NCBI GenBank assembly: GCA_951406725.2
Contig: OX597814.1
Span: 94,054,001-94,118,000, forward strand
Reading direction: 5' to 3'
Origin: Octopus vulgaris
Lineage: Eukaryota
Length of the DNA stretch: 64,000 nucleotides
The notes beneath the pieces were generated by a model that worked only from the letters and a program-made list of their open reading frames with translations, had not been told where the DNA came from and did no database searches. Below are positions 12,645 through 25,700 of this stretch, one piece after another. Made by a program: the position numbers and the translations under genes. Within the stretch, counting starts at the first letter, position 1. Every line of letters begins with the position of its first letter.

Positions 12645-12810
12645 TTAAACTTCCCAATTTTCTGGCAGAGTGACTTGCTTCGTGGTGCTGTTTTTCTCAC
12701 GGTGCCCAACTGACCTACAATACTGTGTAGTCGAGAAAATGAAACGCAAATGATGCGCATGCACAAAATTAAAAATATAATATGGCGAAAATGTACCCAT
12801 CGCACCCTGA
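12645..12810 (-). mobile_element. Terminal fragment of a Tc1/mariner element, probably the maT family seen at 54655
   Basis: Terminus cagggtgcgatgggtacatt resembles the end at ~55200-55222. Confidence 0.5.
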
Positions 12811-13856
12811 ATATATGTATGCGTGTATGTTGTGTGCTGTGTGTGTATGTGTGTGTCTGTCTGCATGTGTCTGTGTGCGTGTGTAAATGTACGTGTCTTT
12901 GTCACTGTTTCTTTCCCACCACCACACCACAATCGTTATTGATGTGTTTGCATACCTGTATCTAAACGGTTTGGCAAAAGACACCGAAAGAAGAATAAGA
13001 GGATTTCAAATTTATATTGGGATCGATTCATTTTGCTAAAATACTTCAAAGTGATACCCCAGCATGGCCGCAGTCTGAAACAGGTGAAAGATAAAAGATA
13101 AACGATATAATATAAAATATTATAATATTGTGTGAGCCTCTGTGTGTATGTGTGTGTGTGTGTGTGTGAGGGAGAGCATGCATGCCTACAAATATTTCTG
13201 GGCGATTTGGAATTTGTGCGTGCTTATGTTGCTGCGCATTAGCATGTGACATTTCTCTTTGGTTCATCTGCATTCTTTAACTTTGAAGCCATCGAAAGTA
13301 TGCCATTGTGAACATCTGAAGCGTAAGAGTTTTCTGTACTCAAACGTGTATTTTATATGTACATATATAGGCACATACACATACCACCTAACATACACAT
13401 CGTGAATGCTATACATGTTCCAGACTGCAATATTTTACTACTCTGACAATAAAGTTAGGTGTGTGATTGATCATCAGTAGGTACCAAGTAATTCTGATCG
13501 CGTGTTTCAGCTGCGTTTTCTAAATATCTATTTGCTTCCTTAACAGTCGGTTAATGTCTATTAAACAGAGCACAAACACGAATATTTTTATTTCTTTTCT
13601 TCTTCGTGTTCTTCATCATCATCTTCAACTTCTTCTGACATACTGTATTAAAATCAATATGTAAGATATTATATGCTGCACCTAAGTTATAGAAGCCGGA
13701 CAATTACATTAAATAAGATAACTTTCGATAAGATACTAACTACATTCTGACTCTGTCAAGCTTTGAATGAAAAAGCGAGTGAGGAAATAAACGAAATAGA
13801 AGGAATTTGAAAGACTGGTATGAAAGTTGAGTGAAGAAACGAGGTGGTATATAATT

Positions 13857-15366
13857 GGAGTGTAGGACAAAAGCTCCCTAGGACAAAGCCTCCTAGGACA
13901 AAGCCTCCTAGGACAAAGCCTCCTAGGACAAAATCCCCACGGACAAAAGCGCTTCAGCCGCATAGTTAAAATGTGAAAGTGGACTTACATTTTACTTCTT
14001 TCAGTCATTAAACCGAGGCCATGCTGGGGCACCGCCTTGAAGAATATTTAATCAAATGTAACGACCCCAGAATGTATTAAAATGATTACAACTAGAGCGT
14101 GAAAGCTAAGCATAGAAGGTCAGTCCACATGCTAGAAACAACAGCCAAATCTCATGGAATTTTTTATAACCCACCTCGGCTTTTTTATTTTCTAAAAATC
14201 TTTTTACTTGATTCTGTCATTGGACTGTGGCCATGCTGGTGTAGCAGCTTGAAAAACATTTTGGTCGCAGAAAAATCAGCATTTTAAAATATATTTAAAA
14301 TCGTTTGTTTTTCTTCTCTTAGCATTTACAGATTAATGAGAATAAGTTGACCTTTTGAATTTTCTCCTGTCGTTGTAGATCTAGTCATGCAATCGTACTT
14401 CTTATCGGTTTTATGTTTCCACACATTTCTTGAGGTAAATGCTTTCTCTTTTGTTAGAATTCAAACAATATGTACATTGAGTAGTAAAGGGTCTTGTTTT
14501 CTGTTATTCTATTATTGATGTTAAGGTTGTTTTATTTTCATTTTCAAAGTGTAAAATTATTCTTAAAACGAGTAAAATAATTGAAACACACTGTGAGGGA
14601 CATAGATGTTTTGACAACGTTTTTCGATTGATTATATTTTGATTATTTAAAAATTGGAATTTCTGTTTTTGTTTACGTGAAATTATAAAATAAAAAAGAA
14701 ATTGTAAGATTTGGCTGTTATTTCTAGCATGTGGACTGACCTTCTAGGCTTAACTTCATGTACTGGTTAAAAATCACCTAAAAAACGATTCTGGGTCGAT
14801 ATATTCGACTAAAAATTCTTCAAGGCGGTGCCCCAGCATGGCCGCAGTCCAGTGACTGAAACAAGTAGAAAGACTTTTAGAAAATAGAAAAAAACGAAGA
14901 ATAACCAAAAATATAACCGAGGTGGGTTGTAAAAAAATTTCAAGAGATTTTGGCTGTTATTTCTAGCATGTCGAGAGACCTTCTAGGCTTAACTTCATGC
15001 GCTGGTTGAAAATAACGTAAGAAAGTTCTTGGGTCGATACAATCAACTAAAACTTCCTCAAAATGGTGCCCCAGCATAGCTGCAAACTAATGACTGCAAC
15101 AAGTAAAAACAAAAACAAAAATTAATCATATTACAGAAGTGGTCTTGATCAAGCTTAAAAAGAAAATTCTGTGTTCCTTACAGTCATCTAAAAATCCTTC
15201 AAGGCGGTGACACAGCATGGCCGGCCGCAGACTAATAACTGCAGCAAAAGTGACAAAAGAAAAAAATTGGGAGTCGATACATTCAACTAAAAATTCTAAA
15301 AACGAAAAAATAACCGAAAAATATAACCGTGGGGCTTTTGTCCTAGGATGCTATTGTCCGGATTCC
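13857..15366. mobile_element. Foldback/MULE-like non-autonomous TIR element with 15-bp subterminal repeats and SINE-derived inverted arms
   Basis: Left end ggagtgtaggacaaaagc..(ctaggacaaagcctc)n; right end reverse complement ggaatccggacaatagcatcctaggacaaaagcccc; flanks atataatt / atataaat. Confidence 0.7.
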
Positions 15367-15379
15367 ATATAAATGATAT

Positions 15380-15601
15380 CACGGGGCAGCTGAAAATTTC
15401 ATGACTTTGGGTAAAAGAAAATACAGGAGGATCAGTTGATTGAAATTTTATTCAACATATTCTCCTCTCATATTGACAAACTTATTACTGCGGTCCTCCA
15501 GTTTTCCTAAGCCCTGTAAAAGAACTCGGAAGTATGGGCTTCCAACTAGATCTTTCGCGACACCCTTAAAGCTAGGAACTTTTCAGCATCCATTCCCTGT
15601 A
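15380..15601. mobile_element. Mariner-derived MITE
   Basis: Imperfect TIRs gctgaaaatttcatgactttgggta / taaagctaggaacttttcagc; TA at right end. Confidence 0.65.
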
Positions 15602-15715
15602 TGACTAACATCAATGAGTGCTAAAAATAATCATTTGACTGAAAGTCGAATTATTACATTTACCAATAGTTTAAGATGCGATGAAATACATCAAAGCTTA
15701 GCGAAGTAATATTGA

Positions 15716-15920
15716 TTTCAAATTTTGGCACAAGGCCAGCAATTTCGGGGCGAGAATAAGTCGATTATATCGACCCCGGTGTTCAACTGGCACATATTTT
15801 ATCGAAGCCGAAAGGATAAAAAGGCAAAGTCGACCTCGGCGGAATTTGAACTTATAATGTGAAGACGGGCGAAATGCTTAGCATTTTGCCTGGCGTGTTA
15901 ACGAATCTGCTAGCTCGCCA
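15716..15920 (-). mobile_element. tRNA-derived SINE (family 3)
   Basis: Minus-strand head ggcgagctagcagattcgttaa, then gttcaaattccgccgaggtcgactttgcc; repeated in the window. Confidence 0.75.
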
Positions 15921-17721
15921 CATTTTTGGGAATAAATATTGAGTAACATTGGTGTGCAGATGTTACAAACGCCATACTGCAATATGCTATGTAATTTATC
16001 TTCTATATTTTACTTGTTTCAGTTATTGAACTGCGACCATGCTGTTGCACCGCCTTGAAGTGTTTGGTCGAACAAATCCACCACAGTACTTATTTATATT
16101 TTTAAGGTGTGTTAGTTACACTATCGCACCGGTTATCAAGCGGTTATGGGACAAAGACGATAACACAAATACAGATATGTATGTATGCATGAGTGTGTGT
16201 GTTTGTGTGTGTGAGTATGTGTGTGTATGTGTGTGTGTAGGAGTGTCTACTTGTGCTCCCTTTTCGTAGAAGTACACTTTCCAGCACATATTTCTTTTTA
16301 GATGTTCCGTTTCTTCCCAATGAGCTCTTTTAGATATATTTTCTTTAGAGGTATGGGAATATTTTTCATTGAATATAGCAGATGGTAATTCTCCATGCTG
16401 ACATTCGAGTTTCGTGATAGAGTTCATTAAGGTGTAGGAGCGAAATATAAGAGGTTATACACACTTTCTGTCTGCCAAACTCGGTCAGGACACATTGTCA
16501 CCAGGAGCTACAGTTTAAGGCATTTGCCTACGTTTTTGTACACTGGAGCTGAACCTGAAACCTCATGGTTCCAAAGCGAGTTTCTAAGTGTCACTTTTCA
16601 GCCTGCATATCTTCAGAATATGAATGTGCAAAATAATGAAGTGACTACAAATAGAATCCGTGTATTTCCAAATAGTTTAAAAGAGTATAAAATATATCAA
16701 GGTCTGATGAAGTAATATGAAGAATAAATACGCTGTATTTATGATTGTGAGCTGAAGATACAAATGTCAAACTACAATAGAATATATAGTATGATAACGA
16801 AATGAAAACTGTTCTTTCTTTTTTTTTGTAATGTTTTTGGCCTTTAACTTCGAAATCAAAATTTATTGTTTGCTTTTCTATTCAAAAAGCGTAAAAAAGT
16901 AAAAAGAAATAACTTGAATGTTATTTACGACGAAAATGTTACAAAGGTGAAAAGATATGTCATCTTTTCTCCTGTTAAGCAATGATGTCAGTCGAAATCA
17001 CCAGAATAGCATCAATAAAACATCTATGTGAACATTAACAGGAACAATAGCAGCAAATTATATGATAAGAATGCAACATAACAAGGGATATTGCTAAATT
17101 ATATTGGGATGCAACTATAGTAACAAATTACATAAGAGCAATATAATACCCCAAGAGAAATCGCTAAAATATATATTGTGATGTTCATTTTCGGAAACCT
17201 TTTTGGGTCAGGAAGATAAAACGTGGATAGCATCTTTAGGGAGCATACAAGATAAAAGAAAATAAAGGGATAATAATAACTCGGAAATGTTTATTATTTT
17301 TTTTTTACGTGTAGTTGGTTGGCAGAATCATTAGTGCATCACACAAAATACCTTACGCGGTGGTGTTACTACTACATTCTATACTGAAATCATTCAACTT
17401 TGCTTTTGATCTTTTAGGGTCCATAAGATAAAGTCCTTTCGAAGTAATAGTGTCGATTTATTCGGCTAACCCACCCTCTCCAAGACTACTAGCGTTGTGC
17501 CTAAATTACATCGCATTACAGAACTAAACAGGCAGAATCGTTAAAGCCCCCACTAAAATGATGTATGATTTTTTAAGTGCTGAGTTCAAATCCCACCAAA
17601 ATCTACTTTGTCCTCCTTTCAGTGTCGACAAAATAATGTACAAACAAAGTTCTAGGATAGCTCTATCAACTAAACTTTCATGTTAATATTGAAATTCCTG
17701 TCCCGTAAGGAGGAGCAGTTA

Positions 17722-17940
17722 TAATGGAAGCTGATCTAGCAGAATCGTTGCAGCGTCAAAAAACAAACATTGTAATATTTCCACCGGCTCTTTATGATCC
17801 GAGTTCAAATCCCTCCGGGATAAACTCTGCTCTTCAACCTTTTGAGATCGGGAAAAATAGTACCCGTCAAGGACTTGGGTTGATGGAGTTGACTAACCTC
17901 ATCCCATCAAAATTGTTGACCTTTTGCCTAAATTGAAATC
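17722..17940 (+). mobile_element. Degenerate SINE (family 3)
   Basis: ctagcagaatcgttg...gagttcaaatccc...; similar decayed copies at ~17315-17650. Confidence 0.5.
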
Positions 17941-18499
17941 TATCATCATCGTTATCATTACCATCATCATCACCATCTTCCTATTCCTCGTCTTCCTTCT
18001 CTTTATACTCCTCCTTATCTTCGTCTTCCTTCTTCACTCTATACTCCTCCTCCTCCTCCAATCCTCATTTGTTTTCGACTATTTTGTACGAGCTTCTACT
18101 GTGCCACCTTCATTACTGTGATTTTGTTATTCAGCTTTGTTTTGTATGGTTAGCAGGAACCTGAGCGTCGCTGTCATTTCTATTTCGAAATAATTTTCTA
18201 TAAAACCTTTTGGATGTATGTTTCAAGTTCCTGGAGCAAAAATGACAAAATCACTCCTGTTATCTTCCTTTCAGTGCAAGTCTTTACATGCGACCATGCA
18301 AAGATATGTCTATTTTGCGTATTTGCATTGTCTTGCTGTTAGCTGTTGTTGTTATATTAAAGGGAGTCCACATATCGCTGGCTTTTTGCATTGTTACCTA
18401 CTTCTACAGAGGGGCTTTGTTTATGTATGTATTTTCATTTTTAGCATCTCAAGGAGTCTATCGTCATGGAATTTGTTTCTCTGTTCAACCCCAAAATTC

Positions 18500-20113
18500 T
18501 GATTACCCTGGTTAACACACTTTTTGCTGACTTTGGTTTTGTGGTTGTTTCTTGTTAATTTTGAAATGCTGATTTCCAATATGGCATCCCTTTTGTTTTC
18601 TCACACATCAGGTTTTCATTCTATAACACATCCCTATTTTATGGTGTACTGTATAAAGATTTACTTGGTCAGGATAGCTTACTAAGTTTTATAGCTTCAA
18701 ACCATAAGTTACAATGTCAATAGAATATGAAATGATAAATAATAATTAAGATAGTATCACCTTTTACTAAATACATATTGTTAATTCTCTAATATGATGG
18801 ATAAAATACAAACCATTATACACATACCTTCATATTCACACAACAAATTTCCGCTTGAGAGAGCGTCTGGAATGCTTCATGTTAACACAGTATCTTTGAA
18901 TACTCCAACAGTAGTCTGCTATTATGTATGTGTTCCATCACATGTTCAACACTCACATTTCTGAGATTAGCAGGAAATTCATCGAGATGGCTATTAATGA
19001 AATCAGATTTTATGCTCATGTTGCAGCCTACAAAATGAAAGCTATCAAGGAATGTCTCCACCAAATCCTTATAGTTTGCAGCCTTTTCACTCCCCCAAAA
19101 TCTTTTCACAACAGCCACAAGAGATACCCATGCTTTTTTTCTTCGTCAGTCATCGCGATCGAGAAATTCTGGAATTTCATTAAATTTCTGATTTATGGCT
19201 CATCAAACACACCAGTCTTTATTCTAGACCAGGAAATACACATATGAATTTGAAACAGTTACCATTCACATTAAGAGTTTTGACAAATTGCTTCATTAGT
19301 GTTAATTTAATATCATGCGGTGCGAAGATGATTGAGTGGGTGGTGTATGATATTCTTACGTCCAACATTCAATTTTTTCCTAACTGGCCAGAGTTTCTGT
19401 TCCTAACGTTTGTCTCTTGCTCAGCTATTCCATAAACACAGGAAACACGGATATTTTAAATACCCTCCTTGTTGGCCAAATAAAAAGTTGACTATTATTA
19501 GATCCGCACGTATGACCCACTTGTGTTCACCCTGCTTGAGTAAATCTAACTTTTATATGATTATAATTCTCTTCTAAGTGCAGGGAGTGACCCATACAGA
19601 ACACACCAAACACGTTTCCATTATGGAGTAACACACATTTTAAATTCTTTGAACTCTCTATAAAGATTCTCCATTCACTGTGATCATGCTGTTCAATAAC
19701 CATCGTGTTTAACAGTGAACAAAATCTTTTCCAGTTGTAAAGAATGCCAAGAGATTTTTTCACTTTTCCTATGAAAAGAAAGAAAATAATAAAGAACATA
19801 TTTATATATCTACGTTTGTCTACATAGGTGTATATACTGGGCCGACAGAGTGTTACAACCACACTCACTGAAGGCTCAGGCTCAACTATTGTTGAGACTC
19901 TTAATGCTAACATAACCCACGTAAAACGCATCGAGAATTTTCTGAAACATGGAGCTACGGATGGGACCAATATGGGCCAGCCCATAGGAAAACACTTGAC
20001 GTAATAGAAAAAAGAAAGCTATTGCCATTTTTATATTCCGTGACTCCAAATTTCCTCAAAACAAGTCTCAAATTTAGGTCAGCAGAAGGAAAGGTAGAAT
20101 TTGTTTGCTAGTG
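18500..20113 (-). mobile_element. Decayed DNA transposon, Chapaev/Transib (RAG1-like) type
   Basis: EWRIFIESSK.LKCVLLHNGN; KYPCFLCLWNS; HDIKLTLMKQFVK; VVKRFWG.EKAANYKDLV..GCNMSIK..SHLDEFPANL..VSVEH; long imperfect inverted ends ~18510-18615 / 19990-20113 with CAC terminus. Confidence 0.7.
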
Positions 20114-20145
20114 TTTTCTTTATTTCCAGAGTTTCTTTTGGATTT

Positions 20146-22640
20146 TGTCATAAAGCGGTAGTCTGCCACTGTTGTATCTACCTTTTGTACGACGGTTGCT
20201 GCTCTGACAGATATTGTTATATTCCGCAGTCGTCGATAGAATGTTTCTATCTGGCACTGTACGATCCATAGTTATACAGTGTTATTATCATCAAAATGCT
20301 GGATCGTTATAACGTCTACTCAGTATTACAGTATAATTAGTATATCAGCACATACACGACTATCAACACAATCTACTCGTACTCTACTCTCTTGATAGTG
20401 GCCGGTGCCACATTACTTATAGTGATTGGGTCATTTCACTCGTACAACGTCTCCCATTTTACGTTTTCTTAGGAAGTGTCATTTTATTTAGCAATGATAT
20501 TTCTATTCACCCCAACTTCCTTTTTAAGTTTTTTTTTCAGCAAGAATTCACACTCTACCTCCATACCAAAAGGAATCCGAATAAGTTTACCATAAGCGTG
20601 GGTGTTAATTTTTAAGTAATGTGAGCATGTGCGACTAACAAATCGTTCACCCTTGTGAAAAATCTGTACAAACTCTTCGGTTTGTCATTCTTCATTTTCA
20701 CGTAAACTGTCGGTGTTACCCAATCTCCATGGTCATTCTTTTCAATTATAATAACACTTTCCAGTTCTTTGTTAACCTGGTCTATTGCCACAAAGGATAC
20801 ATTTCGTTTTGGCCTACATATAGTTGTTACATTTTTTTACTGCAATTTTTGGTTTTAGTCCTTCAGCTTCGTTTGAACCTTCGACTGGCCCAACTACATT
20901 TCCACACAGAACACTTATGGATGTATCCCACAATTTTAATAGATCCATCCATTCTATGCCGAATAAGTTGAGTGAATCTTTCAACATGTAAATCTTTACC
21001 ATTTTCGTTTGACCTCGAGAAGTTACATTACATTCAAATTCACCGAAACAATAAAATTTTTTTCCTGTAATACCATGTGCTACTTTTTTGCATTTTATTA
21101 AATTCGGCTTACCGACATATTTCCAAGATTTTTTTTTCGTTTTTCCAACTGCATTTTAACAATTGTATTTCTGATTTTCAATTTCGCGAATTTTTTCAAA
21201 GTTATAATTACAATTTCTTCCAATGACATTATTTATTTCTTGACTATTTTCTGACGTTTTATTATCCTCGTTCCACAGTGCAACTGTATATGTCCTGCAT
21301 TTCCACAACGAAAACACTCTGCTTATTTAGATAGACACTTTTCCATCAGATTCATACCACCACATGCAAAACATGGGTTTATATCCTGATGTTTGTCGTG
21401 TTTTTAGAAAACACTTTATTTCTATTTGGACTATTTCACACTCGTATCACATGGAAACAATCTTTACGTTCAATTTCCTCTCTGTTGTGTCTTAATTTAA
21501 GTATACTTTCATATTCTTCAGACATGTTTTACAGGGTTACATCATGGCTTTGTTCCAGCTTTGCAAAAATTCTAGTTCAGACTTCTGCGTCCTTTTCGGC
21601 AGTTAGCTCTTGTGTAAAGATCAGGCATTTTAATATATCAGAACTTAATTTGCACAGTTTAAACTTCTCATTTTCCTTGTTTACTCTACCAGAGTATGTG
21701 ATGCAGTACTCGTAACAGTTTTTCTCTATGCTCAGACACTACTACCATGTGCTGAGCTAGGAGCTTTTTTCACCGAAAATTTTACACAATATGTCTATTG
21801 TGTTATTAAACTTTACGTCAGACGGTTTTCTTGGGAGTACAAAATTACTGTATCGTTCATGTTCTGTTGGCGCCAGTTTACAAAGGATGAAGCGAGTTTT
21901 CATCTCATCGTCCCAATCTTTACATTCTTTCTTGAAGATTTGCCTATATCTTCTGTTGTATGCTTCGAAGGTAACTCCTTCGTCAGGTTCACATTTAGAT
22001 TCAGTTACTGAATTTGCAACATAGTCTGGTGAGAACACTTTTTCTGGCTTTCATTAATTGCAGTATTAGTTGTTGCAAAACTAATTGGTGTTGCTGCTGT
22101 TGCTTCTGTTGTTGCTGCTGTTGCTTCTGTTGTTGCTCTTGCAGTTGAATCTGTTGTTGTTGTTGCTGATTTGGAATTCAAGCAAACCAGCCAACAAATC
22201 TTATATAGTTTTACAATTTCTTCGTAAAATTCGCACAACAAAAACATTGTGAGTTTGTCAACTCTTCTACGAGTTTCTATTAATTCCACGTGAATTGGTT
22301 TATCCTCGTCGCCACTATTAGCGGTCTTTTGTCACTGTTGTATCTGTCTTTTGTACGACGGCTGTTGCTCTAACAGTTATTGTTATATTCTGCAGTCGTC
22401 GATAGAATGTTTCTATCTGACATGGCACGACCCCCAATCATACAATGTTATTATTCTCAAAAAGTTGAATCGTTATAACGTCTACTCAGTATTACAGTAT
22501 AATTAGTATATCAGCACAGACACGACTATCAACACAATCTATTCGTACTCTACTCTCTTGATATTGGCTGATGTCAACTTACTTATAGTGATTGTGTCAT
22601 TCCACTTGTCTCTTGGGAGGGATGTGCCATTACTACAACA
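20146..22640 (-). mobile_element. Gypsy (Mag-like) LTR retrotransposon, internally deleted
   Basis: Direct LTRs ~20146-20449 and ~22316-22640; PBS tggcgacgaggata (22301-22314); PPT aaaatgggaga (20450-20460); possible TSD attt. Confidence 0.9.
21290..22038 (-). pseudogene. gag remnant (K02A2.6-like) with zinc-knuckle traces
   Basis: EPDEGVTFEAYNRRYRQIFKKECKDWDDEMKTRFILCKLAPTEHERYSNFVLPRKP; CFACGG and CFRCGNAGH at 21290-21375. Confidence 0.8.
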
Positions 22641-22985
22641 ATTTTAAAGGAATATTGTTGTTTATTTAAATACAATGATTTGGAAAATTCTGTTTTGTTT
22701 TTTGCTGGTCTTTTAAAAGTAAAATATCAATAGAAATATCTTAGGCTCATAGTTTTATGAAATGATATATTCCAGGGTATGGTCAGTTTGTTAGTAAGGA
22801 CAATGACTTAAAAGTCAGATCATCTGCATATCCTGAATTTAAGCTTTGCGATAAAACGTCTTTAAAAATTTCCAGCTGTTTCTCTGAGAAAATTTCAAGA
22901 AGGTAGAAAATGTATTTTGGCTTCAGCTTGAGATCATACGCTTCTCAAATAGTGCTGATTCATTTCTTTATCTAGTTCAGACATA

Positions 22986-24266
22986 TTGGATACGTCGGGG
23001 ATATTGTTGTCAACATCAATAATCAGCAAGATGTTCGAAACCATCCTTAAGAAAAGTATGATGCTCCACCTCCAAAACACAGCCTCTATCTCTGATTCTC
23101 AACACGGCTTCGTGCCGAAGAGATCATGCTTGACCAACTTACTGGTAATGGAAGAATTGGTGACGCGCATCCTCGATGATAGTGATGCTGTTGACATCGT
23201 TTTATTGGACTTTACCAAAGCTTTTGACTCGGTAAACCACCGCCTATTACTTGTCAAGCTTCAAGCATATAGTTTCCATCCGGATATTGTACGATGGGTT
23301 GGTGCCTTCCTCTCAGATCGCTCCATCCAAGTCCAAGTTAATGGTTCGCGGTCCGACGTCTCCAGTGCGAGCAGTGGCGTGCCTCAAGGTTCAGTGCTTG
23401 GGCCCTTATTGTTCTTAGTCTTCATAAATGACTTGCCCGACGACCTAGTGCAACACATCCTTCTATTTGCCGACAATGTCAAACTGGTCGCTCCTCGCGG
23501 TGATATAGAGGATCTTCGTCGATGCTTCTATCAAATTTGGAGATGGTCTAACGAATGGGACCTGTGTCTGAACGTGCCAAAGTGCTGTCATCTGCCTGTT
23601 GGCTCTCCTCCTGCAAGTCAACTTGATTTCGAGCCGGGTCGTCTGCTGATGGAGAGGACCGATCAGGTAAAGGACCTGGGTATCTTGGTGGATTCCTCCT
23701 TTTCGCCTTCGGCCCAGTGCGTCCATGCTGCCAACAAAGCACGCGGAGTTCTGTTCTTGATTCGACGGTCATTCGGAATGCTCACACCAGCCATATTCCT
23801 ACCGCTCTATATCACGCTGGTGGGACCCATATTGGAGTACGGGATTCAAGCCTCTTCTCCTTATCTCCTCAAAGACATACAGTATCTCGAAAGAGTCCAG
23901 AAGCTGGCTACCCGCATGGTTCTTGGTCTCAAGAATTTGTCTTATGAAGAAAGGCTGAAAACGCTCGACCTTTATTCTCTAGAAAAACGACGACGCCGGG
24001 GTGATCTCATTCTTGCTCACAACATCATAAGCGGAAAGTGTAACCTCTCGAAGGAGCTGTTCTTCACTCCTGCTCCAGATCGTCGGCTGCGGGGTCATTC
24101 CGAAAAGCTCTATCTGCGACGATTTCATCTCAATCGAAGGAGAGGGGCTTTCTCCGTCCGGGTTGCGGATCCGTGGAATAAGCTGCTGGACGAGATGGTG
24201 AAGATGCCGACGACCGCTCGGTTCAAAGTCTCCCTTGACCACAAGTGGCTTGAACTCTTTACATGA
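22986..24266 (+). CDS. 5'-truncated CR1/Jockey-group LINE reverse transcriptase, open 426-aa frame (FADD changed to FADN)
   Basis: QHGFVPKRSCLTNLL, LDFTKAFDSVNH, SGVPQGSVLGPLLF, LFADNVKL, KDLGILVD, LERVQKLATR, YEERLK..L.SLEKRRRRGDLI; the start codon is probably not the true start. Confidence 0.9.
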   Translation: MDTSGILLSTSIISKMFETILKKSMMLHLQNTASISDSQHGFVPKRSCLTNLLVMEELVTRILDDSDAVDIVLLDFTKAFDSVNHRLLLVKLQAYSFHPDIVRWVGAFLSDRSIQVQVNGSRSDVSSASSGVPQGSVLGPLLFLVFINDLPDDLVQHILLFADNVKLVAPRGDIEDLRRCFYQIWRWSNEWDLCLNVPKCCHLPVGSPPASQLDFEPGRLLMERTDQVKDLGILVDSSFSPSAQCVHAANKARGVLFLIRRSFGMLTPAIFLPLYITLVGPILEYGIQASSPYLLKDIQYLERVQKLATRMVLGLKNLSYEERLKTLDLYSLEKRRRRGDLILAHNIISGKCNLSKELFFTPAPDRRLRGHSEKLYLRRFHLNRRRGAFSVRVADPWNKLLDEMVKMPTTARFKVSLDHKWLELFT

Positions 24267-24354
24267 ACACCACCCTGTACATAACTCCATGTCCCCCTAC
24301 ATGGCCTTGATTTTTGCTTTTTGAGCCAAAAAATTAACTAACTAACTAACTAAC
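24267..24354 (+). repeat. LINE 3' UTR ending in (TAAC)n tail
   Basis: aaattaactaactaactaactaac after the stop codon. Confidence 0.75.
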
Positions 24355-25114
24355 ATGACAGCTGGTAATCCCGTTTTCAGTTTGTTTGTTTTTAATATTT
24401 GATGGTGACTTTCCCCAATTCTTCTCTTAGTTCTTGGTTATTTTAGTCTATATTTCATATTTGATGAGTTACTTCAAGGTAGACAAATCCTTTCTCATGT
24501 TTTGTTCGTTTTTTAGTTATTTTTGTATGTTTTGTTTCTATATATTTAATTTATTTTTTGTTGGAAAAGATTCCCACCTGTTTGCACCCATAGTATAAAG
24601 AAACTTTCTGCGTCGGCTTATGTCGATTATTGTAAATTTAGTCATTATTTACGTTATTTTCATGTCTATTCATGTTAATTCACTTACGTTCCAGAAATAT
24701 AGCTATAAATTATCACTAAAACAACTAGATTATTTTTGCATATAACCTGTTTTTATTTTATTTAATATCAGTCTAATGCTTCTAGAACATTACTTTCCAC
24801 CTTTACTTTTTATTTATTTATGTTGTATTCCGTTGTGTGTTATTAATTCCCAAGATTTGTACGTCTGTGTTCATTCTAATCCTCTTATCTCTGTTTCTGT
24901 ATCTCATATGATATTGTGTATTAATCTTCTCTCTTCAGTGATGAAGTTATTCATTTATCTAAACTGTATTTCGTTTCAGTTCGGCAACAGAACCTGTACA
25001 CAGTAAGCCATAGTTGTTGCCATCTGCAGTATATCACTGGAAATTCCACAAATACACAAGATGGTTGATTGTCCTAGTGTAGCGTTTTTATTGGAAACCG
25101 GTCTGATTTTCTAT

Positions 25115-25121
25115 GTCAGCT

Positions 25122-25168
<47 letters not shown>

Positions 25169-25173
25169 AAGAC

Positions 25174-25231
<58 letters not shown>
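25115..25231. repeat. (GA)n microsatellite
   Basis: Direct reading. Confidence 0.95.
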
Positions 25232-25239
25232 CCGTTCCG

Positions 25240-25700
25240 AGACGGAGACTCGTTAGAATTTTCTTCTAAGTGGGATACAATATTATAAATTAATTCTTTT
25301 ATTGTATCTGTGGATTATTAAAAAAATATTTGCGTTTCATTTGTGAAGTTTTGGTAAGCGTGTTTATTCTTGCTCTAACTCACTCATAGCTAATATTCCC
25401 AGAATTCACGGATAGTCAACACTGTCAAAACTTAAGCGTCAGTTGATCGATGGCATGCTTAGGTCTATCCTTCATATTTTCCTTAAGCTGTTGTTTAAGG
25501 CTTTACTGATCAGTATTTTATGTCTATAGAGATATTTGCCTTCGTGGAATCTTTTTGTCTTGATAGATCTGTAGTTGTCGGCGTATCCTACTTCTCTAAC
25601 CTTACTTTCTTTCTCAGTGATACATTCAGGAGTTGTTGCGGTTCATTCAGTACAAGTACTATGCACGTGCCTAGAACATGCTGCAACAGAAATAAGAATA
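25240..25700 (-). pseudogene. Possible decayed PLE RT N-terminal region
   Basis: TRLPKLHK at ~25340-25365 resembles the PLE YGLPKIHK motif; otherwise weak. Confidence 0.3.

Noticed and set aside
13866-13950. 15-bp tandem repeats resembling a CRISPR or iteron array
   Set aside because: No spacers, no cas genes and a eukaryotic context; they form the end of a TIR element
24960-25115. Possible minus-strand exon after the (TC)n tract, and a short ggcaac/gttgcc hairpin
   Set aside because: All frames close within about 10 codons; the hairpin is too short to be significant
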